Shown: positions 37,101-45,500 of the stretch, piece after piece | Position numbering within the stretch: position 1 is the stretch's first letter | How the letters are laid out: each line of letters begins with the position of its first letter | Assembly (NCBI GenBank): GCA_021199655.1 | Contig: JAJQHQ010000019.1 | Coordinates: forward strand, 12,511-76,510 | Source: Lachnospiraceae bacterium | GTDB lineage: Bacteria > Bacillota > Clostridia > Lachnospirales > Lachnospiraceae | Direction of reading: 5' to 3' | Length of the DNA stretch: 64,000 bases | The notes under the pieces: model-generated | What the model was told of the DNA's origin: nothing | What the model saw: only the letters and a program-made list of their open reading frames with translations | Databases searched by the model: none | Position numbers and translations under genes: made by a program

Positions 37101-37211
37101 ACAGTAATTGCGAAGGTGCTGAACAGATTGTACGAAGCGACAGCTGCGAAGGTACTGAACATACTGAACAGATTGTACGAAGCGGCAGCTGTGAAGACAC
37201 CGGGCAGTTAT
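37101..37211 (+). repeat. Tandem array of three degenerate GTAAC-hairpin units
   Basis: Units are 37101-37139, 37140-37184 and 37185-37211, each containing GCGAAGGTRCTGAACAG-like cores. The array ends 5 nt before the SD of the next gene. Confidence 0.7.
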
Positions 37212-37230
37212 AAAACAAGGAGGTAAGTGC

Positions 37231-38034
37231 ATGATTATCATTGGTGAAAAAATCAATGGTTCCATTCCGGTCGTGGCGGACGCCATTGCCAGACGGGATG
37301 CGGATTTTATCAAAAACAGAGCAAAAATACAGGCTGATGCCGGCGCGACATTTATTGACTGCTGCGCATCCGTGCCGGAGGCAGAAGAGGTGGAGACGCT
37401 GAAATGGATGATCGACTGCATTCAGGAAGCAACCGACCTTCCGATCTCGGTGGACAGCCCGAGTGCGAACGTTCTGGCGCAGGTCATTCCGTATGTGAAT
37501 AAGCCGGGACTGGTGAATTCCGTATCCGGAGAGGGAGACAAGATCGACAAGCTTTTCCCGCTGATTGCCGGCACCAAATGGCAGGTGATCTGCTTGTTGT
37601 CAGATGATAAGGGTATTCCGAAGAGTGCAGCGGATCGTCTGCGAGTCTTTGATCATATTCTGGAGAAAGCCAGCGAGTATGGAATCAAGCAGTCTCAGAT
37701 GCATATCGACCCGCTGGTCGAGATGCTCTGCACTTCGGAGGACGGTATCGCGCTGAATGAAGAAGTTATCTCAACTGTAAGGGAGCGCTGCCCGAGCATC
37801 CATATCACGGCAGCGGTCAGCAACATTTCTTTCAACCTTCCGGTCAGAAAGATGGTCAACTTAGGTTTCACGGTTCTTGCGATGAAGGCAGGACTGGACA
37901 GTGCTATCCTTGACCCGACGAACCGGGATATGATGGGTGTAATCTATGCGACAGAAGCGCTTCTCGGACTGGATGACTACTGCATGGAGTACATCGGTGC
38001 GTACAGAGAAGGAATCTTTGGACCGAAGAAGTGA
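37231..38034 (+). CDS. Methyltetrahydrofolate:corrinoid methyltransferase (pterin-binding, MeTr/AcsE-like)
   Basis: IIGEKINGS N-terminus, NSVSGE, and SNISFNLP typical of the pterin-binding TIM barrel. Confidence 0.8.
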   Translation: MIIIGEKINGSIPVVADAIARRDADFIKNRAKIQADAGATFIDCCASVPEAEEVETLKWMIDCIQEATDLPISVDSPSANVLAQVIPYVNKPGLVNSVSGEGDKIDKLFPLIAGTKWQVICLLSDDKGIPKSAADRLRVFDHILEKASEYGIKQSQMHIDPLVEMLCTSEDGIALNEEVISTVRERCPSIHITAAVSNISFNLPVRKMVNLGFTVLAMKAGLDSAILDPTNRDMMGVIYATEALLGLDDYCMEYIGAYREGIFGPKK

Positions 38035-38097
38035 TTTAATAAATAATTCAGGATTTAAAAATAATTCAAATAATTCAAAAAAATGGAGGTAACAGAT

Positions 38098-38733
38098 ATG
38101 GCAGGAATTCAGGAAGTATATGATCTCGTAGTAAAAGGAAAAGCGAAGCTGATCGCTGCAACGGTACAGGAAGCTCTGGATGATGGATGCGATCCCACCG
38201 CGCTGCTGAACGACGGCATGATCGCGGCGATGGATGAAGTCGGCGCGAAGTTCAAGGATGGAGAAATCTTTGTGCCGGAGATGCTGGTAGCGGCGAGAGC
38301 CATGAAGAAGGGCGTAGAAGTATTGAAGCCGCATCTTGCGACCGGCGTAGCGGGCGCGGCCGGAAAGGTGGTTATCGGCACAGTAGCGGGTGATCTGCAT
38401 GATATCGGCAAGAACCTTGTCGCCATGATGCTCGAGTCTGCCGGATTCGAAGTTATTGATCTGGGCGTAGATGTGCCGAAGGAGAAATTCGTTGAAGCTG
38501 TCGAGCAGAATCCGGGGACAAAGATTGTCTGCTGCTCCGCTCTTCTGACCACGACAATGCCGGCTCTTAAGGATGCGGTGGCGCTTCTGAACACCCAGCC
38601 GTTCCGCTCGGAGATCAAGGTCATGGTCGGCGGCGCTCCGATTACGCAGGAGTTTGCGGATGAGATTGGTGCGGACGCTTACACGGAAGACGCTGCGTCC
38701 TGCGCACAGAGAGCGAAAGAACTTGTAGCATAA
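38098..38733 (+). CDS. Corrinoid (B12-binding) protein
   Basis: D-x-H-x-x-G motif GDLHDIGKN, helical cap domain, GGAP loop. GGAGG lies 8 nt before ATG 38098. Confidence 0.9.
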   Translation: MAGIQEVYDLVVKGKAKLIAATVQEALDDGCDPTALLNDGMIAAMDEVGAKFKDGEIFVPEMLVAARAMKKGVEVLKPHLATGVAGAAGKVVIGTVAGDLHDIGKNLVAMMLESAGFEVIDLGVDVPKEKFVEAVEQNPGTKIVCCSALLTTTMPALKDAVALLNTQPFRSEIKVMVGGAPITQEFADEIGADAYTEDAASCAQRAKELVA

Positions 38734-38804
38734 AAGCTGCGGCGAGAAAATTTATATTTATTTATGTAGTATAAAAATGGGGTTGTAAAAAAGATCCCTG
38801 AAAA

Positions 38805-38843
38805 AAGCTTCCGATATACATTTGTGTACCGGGAGCTTTTTTT
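38805..38843 (+). terminator. Rho-independent terminator after the corrinoid island
   Basis: AAGCTTCCG ... CGGGAGCTT stem followed by T7. Confidence 0.6.
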
Positions 38844-39043
38844 ACGCGCAGGGGCATGTAAGGAGTTCTGTGGCCTGCGCTCGCCGCGTGGCATCCTCGT
38901 CCTTCGGACGGGATAAGCGCCACACGCGCCCCGCGCGGGCAAGCAGGAGTCGACAAGCCGCCGCCCACTCGATTCCGCCATAAATGAAATATGCACACGG
39001 CTGATTCGGTCAATGAAAATTATCAGACAAATAGCAAAAAAAT

Positions 39044-39083
39044 ATCAAAAAATCAAAAAAATCAAAAAAATCAAAAAAATCAG
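39044..39083 (+). repeat. Tandem 8/9-nt repeat (ATCAAAAAA) x5
   Basis: TCA recurs at 39045, 39053, 39062, 39071 and 39080, separated by A-runs. Confidence 0.85.
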
Positions 39084-39115
39084 ATCCCCCTATGCGGGGG
39101 ATCATACACTGCCTA

Positions 39116-39152
39116 TTTGAAAATGTCAATAAAAACCATTGACATTTTCAAA
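39116..39152. promoter_or_regulatory. Perfect 15-bp inverted repeat (candidate operator) upstream of the sigma-like gene
   Basis: TTTGAAAATGTCAAT-N7-ATTGACATTTTCAAA, with a TTGACA in each half. Confidence 0.5.
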
Positions 39153-39213
39153 TTAAACATTCTGTCATCCCAAAAAGAAATAAGAGGCGTCGGCCCGGCA
39201 AAACAGATACGGA

Positions 39214-40245
39214 ATGCACGATAGTGTATCATCTGCTATGCCTTGTTTTATGAACAAAATCACCTGTTTGTGTAACAAGAAACGGAAGCTGAAAACCCAG
39301 ATGAATGTGTCAAACGATGAAGATCAGGAATACACAACAGAAGGCAGAAATAATAATGCAAAGGCGAAACGTACGCGGCTGGATGATGCAGCTTTACGTG
39401 ACGCTATTGACATCCTGGATTCTATAAAATTCGCACTGACAGATGTCCTGCTGAATGCGGATTCGTTTGCGGGAGCCTGTAAAAAAAGGGGTTTGTATCA
39501 TATAAATATAAAAAAATTGTTGATTTCAAAAGCGTTTTCAGCCTGCCGGACAGAAGGGCCGCCTTTGCGGCTGGAAGAAACTGTTGTCCTGGAACCGGAT
39601 GGGTTTGAACAGCTTTATCTGGATGTTTTCGGGATGGATGCGATATGCGATGCAGAGCTTCCATTGGACTTCCGTCAGACGGTTTTTGATGTGATCGGGC
39701 AATTAAACGAGCAGGAGCAGAAGGTCCTCCGTTTACGATACGGGTTTTGCGACAAATACGGCATTCCGTTAACATTGGAAAAAACAGGATGTGAACTTGG
39801 CATTACAGCCCCTCGGGTTAAGGTAATTCAGAATAATGCTCTTTGCAAATTGCAGCACCCGCCTTTAAAAACCTGGCTGATGGAAGGATCCATTCAATAT
39901 CAGGCCAGACAGAAAGTTCTTCAGTCGGATCTGGATACATACAAAGCTACTGTTTACTCCTGGTTGAATAGTCATATTGCAAAAACAGACCGAGCCGGGC
40001 GGCAGGAAAACGATATAAAAAGCGACATAAAAGCCGAAGACATTTATTCACTGGGGATTGATGCCATGGGTTTTTCAAATCGAACCGGCAACTGTCTGAA
40101 ACGTGCCGGGAAAAACACGTTTCGTGACGTTCTTGAGCTTACGGAAGAGGATATGTCTAAAATACGCGGACTGGGGTGGAAATGCCGGGAGGAAATCAAT
40201 CGGAAACGCATGGAATGGCTGACGAAGCAAGATGATAATATTTAA
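39214..40245 (+). CDS. Protein combining a sigma-70 region-4-like HTH with an RNAP alpha-CTD-like helix-hairpin-helix domain
   Basis: EQEQKVLRLRYGF...LTLEKTGCELGITAPRVKVIQNNALCKLQHP fits the sigma region 4 pattern. GFSNRTGNCLKRAGKNTFRDVLELTEEDMSKIRGLGWKCREEI fits the alpha-CTD pattern. Start codon uncertain. Confidence 0.55.
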   Translation: MHDSVSSAMPCFMNKITCLCNKKRKLKTQMNVSNDEDQEYTTEGRNNNAKAKRTRLDDAALRDAIDILDSIKFALTDVLLNADSFAGACKKRGLYHINIKKLLISKAFSACRTEGPPLRLEETVVLEPDGFEQLYLDVFGMDAICDAELPLDFRQTVFDVIGQLNEQEQKVLRLRYGFCDKYGIPLTLEKTGCELGITAPRVKVIQNNALCKLQHPPLKTWLMEGSIQYQARQKVLQSDLDTYKATVYSWLNSHIAKTDRAGRQENDIKSDIKAEDIYSLGIDAMGFSNRTGNCLKRAGKNTFRDVLELTEEDMSKIRGLGWKCREEINRKRMEWLTKQDDNI

Positions 40246-40261
40246 GGTACTGAAGAGTTAC
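40244..40261 (+). repeat. Partial GTAAC-hairpin repeat (right half)
   Basis: AAGGTACTGAAGAGTTAC, overlapping the TAA stop (40243-40245) of the upstream gene. Confidence 0.6.
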
Positions 40262-40280
40262 GAACGAGCAGGTTCCGCAT

Positions 40281-40568
40281 ATGGTGCATGGCGGGAAGAA
40301 TAAAGGCAGCAGGAGGAGAAACAGAGAATTTATGGAAAATCAGGGGCAGCGAAGGACGCATAAATGTGAGATTGTTCAGCCGGTTCATCCGGCTAAATCG
40401 GGCAAAACAGATAAAACAGTTAAAACAGTTAAAACAGCTGAATCAGCTGTCTTCCCAAAAGAAGAGAACAAAATAAAGAAAGAGGATATCTGCCTCAATT
40501 GTTTTGGCGCAGGAATGGGAGATTGTGACAGGTGTACACGGTATGGCGAGCGGAGGAGAGACATTTAG
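40281..40568 (+). CDS. Small basic protein with a C-terminal CxxC...CxxC motif (hypothetical)
   Basis: ORF with CLNCFGAGMGDCDRCTRYG. It contains a 9-bp tandem repeat. No clear RBS. Confidence 0.3.
   Translation: MVHGGKNKGSRRRNREFMENQGQRRTHKCEIVQPVHPAKSGKTDKTVKTVKTAESAVFPKEENKIKKEDICLNCFGAGMGDCDRCTRYGERRRDI
40403..40448 (+). repeat. Tandem 9-bp repeat (TAAAACAGT-like) x5
   Basis: CAAAACAGA TAAAACAGT TAAAACAGT TAAAACAGC TGAATCAGC. The unit length is a multiple of 3. Confidence 0.8.
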
Positions 40569-40706
40569 GGTTGCAACCCCACATGAATTATGATAATATA
40601 GAACATAGTTTGCTGTGGAAAATTACTTACGATTTTATCTGACATCAATTCTGCAGACTATCTGAAATACAAAATATAACAATAAGATACAAAAGCAGGA
40701 GGCCAT

Positions 40707-41492
40707 ATGAAAGTCGTAATGCTTGCGGGCGGCTTCGGAACACGGATCAGTGAGGAGAGCCATCTGCGTCCGAAGCCAATGGTCGAGATCGGCGGGAAAC
40801 CGATTCTCTGGCATATCATGAAAGAATATTCTTACTACGGATTTAATGAATTTATCATCTGCGCCGGCTATAAACAGCATGTGATCAAAGAATGGTTCGC
40901 GAATTATCACCTTCACAACAGCGATGTGACGTTCGATTTTACATCCAATGGGAAAATGCAGGTGCATAACAATGTCTCTGAACCATGGAAAGTGACGATC
41001 GTGGACACTGGACTGTACACGCAGACCGGCGGACGGATCAAACGGATTCAGAAATATGTGAAGGACGAGCCTTTTTTTCTGACTTATGGAGATGGTGTCT
41101 GTGATATTGACATTCGTAAGCTTCTGGAGTTTCACAAAAGCCATGGAAAGATAGCGACTCTGACCGCCGTCCATATCGGTCAGCGGTTTGGCGTGCTGGA
41201 TATTGACCGGGAAGATCTGACTGTGCGTGCATTCCGCGAAAAGTCGATGGCGGACGGTTCCCGGATCAATGCAGGCTATATGGTGCTTCAGCCGGAGATT
41301 TTTGACTATATTGATGACGGCGACGACGCTGTTTTTGAGAAAGAGCCTCTGGAGCGGCTGGTGCAGGATGGGCAGTTGGCGGCTTATAAGCACAATGGCT
41401 TCTGGCAGTGCATGGACACGCAGAGAGAAAAAGAACAGCTGGAAGAGATGATCGCTGCGGGGAAGGCACCCTGGATGGTATGGGACAAATGA
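40707..41492 (+). CDS. rfbF: Glucose-1-phosphate cytidylyltransferase
   Basis: MKVVMLAGGFGTRISEES, KPMVEIGGKPILWHIM and full-length RfbF/DdhA similarity. AGGAGG RBS. Confidence 0.9.
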   Translation: MKVVMLAGGFGTRISEESHLRPKPMVEIGGKPILWHIMKEYSYYGFNEFIICAGYKQHVIKEWFANYHLHNSDVTFDFTSNGKMQVHNNVSEPWKVTIVDTGLYTQTGGRIKRIQKYVKDEPFFLTYGDGVCDIDIRKLLEFHKSHGKIATLTAVHIGQRFGVLDIDREDLTVRAFREKSMADGSRINAGYMVLQPEIFDYIDDGDDAVFEKEPLERLVQDGQLAAYKHNGFWQCMDTQREKEQLEEMIAAGKAPWMVWDK

Positions 41493-42553
41493 ACGAGTTT
41501 GACTGGTATAAAGGAAAAAAAGTTCTGGTGACCGGGCACACCGGATTTAAAGGAACATGGCTTTGCAAAATGCTGCTGATGGCGGGAGCGGAAGTGACCG
41601 GCTATGCGCTTAAGCCGCCGACCGAGCCGAATCTGTTTGATATCAGCGGTGTACAGCCGTGTATCCGGTCCATTATCGGCGATATCCGCGATCTGGAGCA
41701 TCTGAAAGCGGTATTTCAGGAAGTACAGCCGGAGATAGTGCTTCATCTGGCAGCGCAGCCGATCGTCCGGGATTCTTATAAGGAGCCGGTCTATACGTAT
41801 GAGACGAATGTCATGGGGACAGTGAATGTCTGTGAGTGTGTCCGGTTGAATCCATGCGTGAAGTCTTTTTTGAATGTCACGACCGACAAAGTCTACGAGA
41901 ACAAAGAGTGGGCGTGGGGCTACCGGGAAAACGAACCGCTGGACGGCTACGATCCCTACTCCAACAGCAAGTCCTGCTCGGAGCTGGTGACGCACAGCTA
42001 TATTCATTCGTTTTTTGAAAAGATGGAAGTGGCTGTCTCTACCGCGCGCGCGGGTAATGTGATCGGCGGGGGCGATTTCGCCAACGACCGGATTCTTCCG
42101 GATTGCATCCGGGCAGCAGGCCGGAAAGAGGATATCGTTGTACGGAATCCTCATTCGACACGGCCTTATCAGCATGTGCTGGAGCCGCTGACCGTCTATC
42201 TGACGATCGTGAAAGAACAATATGAGGACAGAACAAAGGCGGGCTTTTATAATGTTGGTCCGGACGACTGCGACTGCGTGACGACCGGACAGCTGGTCGA
42301 CCTCTTCTGTGAAAAATGGGGTGAGGGTCAGACCTGGATCAACCAGTGTGACAACGGCCCTCATGAGGCTAATTTTCTGAAGCTGGACTGCTCGAAAGTA
42401 AAGCATGTGTTCGGCTGGAAGCCGCGTTGGCATGTCGAAGAGGCAGTTGCGAAGACGGTTGAATGGGCAAAGGTATATTACGCGGGTCAGGATGTACCGG
42501 CCTGTATGGAAACACAGATCAGGGAATTTACGCGGACTGGGGCAACGGTATGA
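41489..42553 (+). CDS. rfbG: CDP-glucose 4,6-dehydratase
   Basis: VTGHTGFKGTWL Rossmann motif, YSNSK (YxxxK), and ATGA start/stop overlap with rfbF. The track ORF's upstream extension is rejected. Confidence 0.9.
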   Translation: MNEFDWYKGKKVLVTGHTGFKGTWLCKMLLMAGAEVTGYALKPPTEPNLFDISGVQPCIRSIIGDIRDLEHLKAVFQEVQPEIVLHLAAQPIVRDSYKEPVYTYETNVMGTVNVCECVRLNPCVKSFLNVTTDKVYENKEWAWGYRENEPLDGYDPYSNSKSCSELVTHSYIHSFFEKMEVAVSTARAGNVIGGGDFANDRILPDCIRAAGRKEDIVVRNPHSTRPYQHVLEPLTVYLTIVKEQYEDRTKAGFYNVGPDDCDCVTTGQLVDLFCEKWGEGQTWINQCDNGPHEANFLKLDCSKVKHVFGWKPRWHVEEAVAKTVEWAKVYYAGQDVPACMETQIREFTRTGATV

Positions 42554-42595
42554 TTAAAATGGTGTTTTTAAACGGTTCCGTTTGAGGAGAACTAT

Positions 42596-45500
42596 ATGAA
42601 AGCAGGGCATCTGAAAAATAATACACATACAAAGACTGCTTTTTTAATATTTTGTATTGTATTATTTACAGTCTCTATGAGTATAATGAAGGTCCGTGCT
42701 GAAGATACAGAGTTTCCGTTTTCGGGAGATGGCTCAAAGGATTCCCCTTATCTGATTCAAAGTGTGGAAGAACTGTGCGAATTTCGGGATCTGGTGAATG
42801 AAGGAGAAGAGTTTCAGGACTGTTATTTTTACCAGACCGGGAATCTTGATCTCGGCGGTATGGATTGGGTTCCGATCGGGATTTATGGGAGCGGCCATTA
42901 CTTTTATGGTGTCTATGACGGCGGAGGACACTATCTGGAAAATCTTACAATTGTCGAGCCAATCGATCCGGGAGAGAATGAGTCATCCAGTAAGCCGGGG
43001 CTGTTTGGACAGCTGGCAGGCATTGTCCTGAATCTGGGAATCGAAAGCGGTGAGATTGAAGGCACTTACTGCGGCTCCATTGCAAGCCATGCTGTGTCAG
43101 GTGCTTCTCCTTATATTATCAACTGCTATAATAAAGCGGATGTTAAGGGCCGGCGGGCCGGCGGGATCGCTGACAACTTCAGCGGTGGAACGATCATTAA
43201 CTGCTGGTACAGCGCGAATATAGAGAGCTTATCCGGGACGGCATCAGGACCGGCTTCTTATGATGGAATACTGATTGACTGTTTCGGCATCACGGATGAT
43301 TACGCGGATTCCTTTCTGGGAACGATCATTGCCGCCCGCGGGACCGGTTCGGAATCGGATCAGTCGGGTGACAGCCGGATTTTTGATGCAGGTCTTTTTT
43401 ATTTGCCTGAGGAAATTGATATTGATATGCTGATCCCATGGGAATGGGACGAAGATGAAAATGAGCTGGTTTTTTCAGAAAACACTTCTGCACAGGTATC
43501 GGTAAATGCGGAAACGGCCTTTGAGGGAGAAGGGACAGAAGCGGAGCCTTATCTGATTCAATCCTGGTCGGATCTGTGTATGTTCCGCTATCTGGTAAAT
43601 ACAGGGAATGAGTTTTCCGGTATTTATTTTCAGCAGACAGCGGATATTGCAATAGAAAGTGACGACTGGATTCCTGTTGGTATCTGCGGGAGCGGGAATT
43701 ACTTTTACGGCATATACGACGGTGCGGGACATGCCATTACGGGCCTGAGAACCAAATACCATATGGATTCGGAACAGGACAGCAAAGGGCTTTTTGGGCA
43801 GCTGGGCGGTGTGGTAGCCAATCTCAGACTGGAAGCGGTCGATATGGAAGGGGCTTATTGCGGAGCAATCGCCGCAATGGCTGCAGGCAAAGGTGAGGAA
43901 CGTACCGCTGCTATTTTGAACTGCTTTGTCAGTGGTTCCATAACCGGATACCGTGTTGGCGGAATTGCAGATTACTTTTCAGAGGCAACCATAGCGAATT
44001 GTATCAGCGATGTTACGATCACATTATATGAAGATGCCGGGGACTGGGAAGACAATACCGGCGGTATTCTTTCTTCCAGTCTGGACACGAAGGTCTATGG
44101 ATGCCGTACAACGGCAGCGCAGGTCATGCCGGATGCATATACCAGCGCTACATCAGGTGTGATCACGGCAGAGGATCTGCAGGATAAAGGATTTGTCCTC
44201 CGGCAGAACATACGCACTGCATTGACTCAGGAACTGTTTGCAAACCGGTTTGGCGTCCGCCTGATGCAGTGGGAACTGACAGAGGAAGGCATTCTACAAT
44301 TCGGGGAAGGGCAGCTGTATCTCCTGCTGTTTGACTGGATGAATCTGTATCTGCTTCCGGTCCTGCTGCTTGTTTTTATCATTTCCATTCTGATATTAAT
44401 GAAAAAAACCGGTATTAAGAGGTTTGAAGATCGATATCATCAGCAGATTTCTGCGGTTCTGATCATTTCGGCGATCCTTTCCGTATTTGTTGACTGTGCC
44501 GCGTTTGGAACCGCAAAAGGGTCATTATGTTTTGGTAATCTGTGTTTTGTTATACAGATCCATGTTGTTTTTGCAGCATCGCTCCTGTTGTTTACAGGAT
44601 ATGTTCGTACTCACGGTCGGAGGAATATCCGCATTGGCCGCGGAAACAGGACCGGCCTCATTACATTGTCTGCAGTGATGCTGCTGACATTGATTCTGGA
44701 GCTGCGGCAATTTGGCATTACGCCTCTCTATGATGCCTCTCTATATTATGGAAGCCTGGTGAGAGGAGTGAAATTATTTCGCCTGGATCTGTTCAGCTAT
44801 ATCGGCGCTTTTGTATGCTGGAAATGGGCGCAGGGAAGTGCTTTGCTGATCGCTCCGCTTGAGTTTCTGCTGCCGGGACAGATGACAGGCGTATATGTGT
44901 CAAATATTATCATAACGGAAATTACGATCGTGGTCATGTACCGTCTCTTAAAAGAATCCATAAGTGACTGCTCTCCTGTGCTTGCGGCTCTGTCGGGCGC
45001 CATTTTGATTTTTTGTCCCTATCAGTTAGGAATGTTTACGTATCTTAATTTTGATACGTACCTTTCCTGTTATGTAATCTGGCTGTTATACAGCTACAGA
45101 CGAAAGAACAATCTGATGATTGCGTTTTGCGGCTATTTGCTTTGCTTCACCAAGATAACCGGGGGTATCTTTTACGTGTTGTTTCTTGTGGCAGCTTCTG
45201 TGTATGAAGCGCTCAGACGATATACCGGATCCTGGCTCAGACGTATGGCCGGATGGTGGAGCTGGCCCAGATGTATCATCTGGATGGTCCCGGGATTTCT
45301 CTATCTGGGCGCCTATCTGTTCGGCGACTGGCTGACTATACAGCACTTCGAGGGAGCCTATGTGATCTCGGCAATGGCTTCGGCAAAAACACTGGTTTCC
45401 GCAGGAAATACTCTGGTGCAGGCATTTGTATTTGGATTTCGGTGGCTTTTCCTGCTGATCATCATCGCTGCGGGGATTCTGTGGCTGATATGCCCTCCGG

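Noticed and set aside
36951-37230. Cobalamin riboswitch upstream of the corrinoid-pathway genes (also looked at 32010-32391 and 38035-38097)
   Set aside because: No B12-box-like core or the conserved GCCACTG context was found in these spacers. The GCCACTGG strings at 14569 and 19170 lie within repeat elements without the rest of the riboswitch.
39044-39083. Possible CRISPR array (also 40403-40448)
   Set aside because: The repeat units are only 8-9 nt and directly abut, with no spacers. These are simple tandem repeats.
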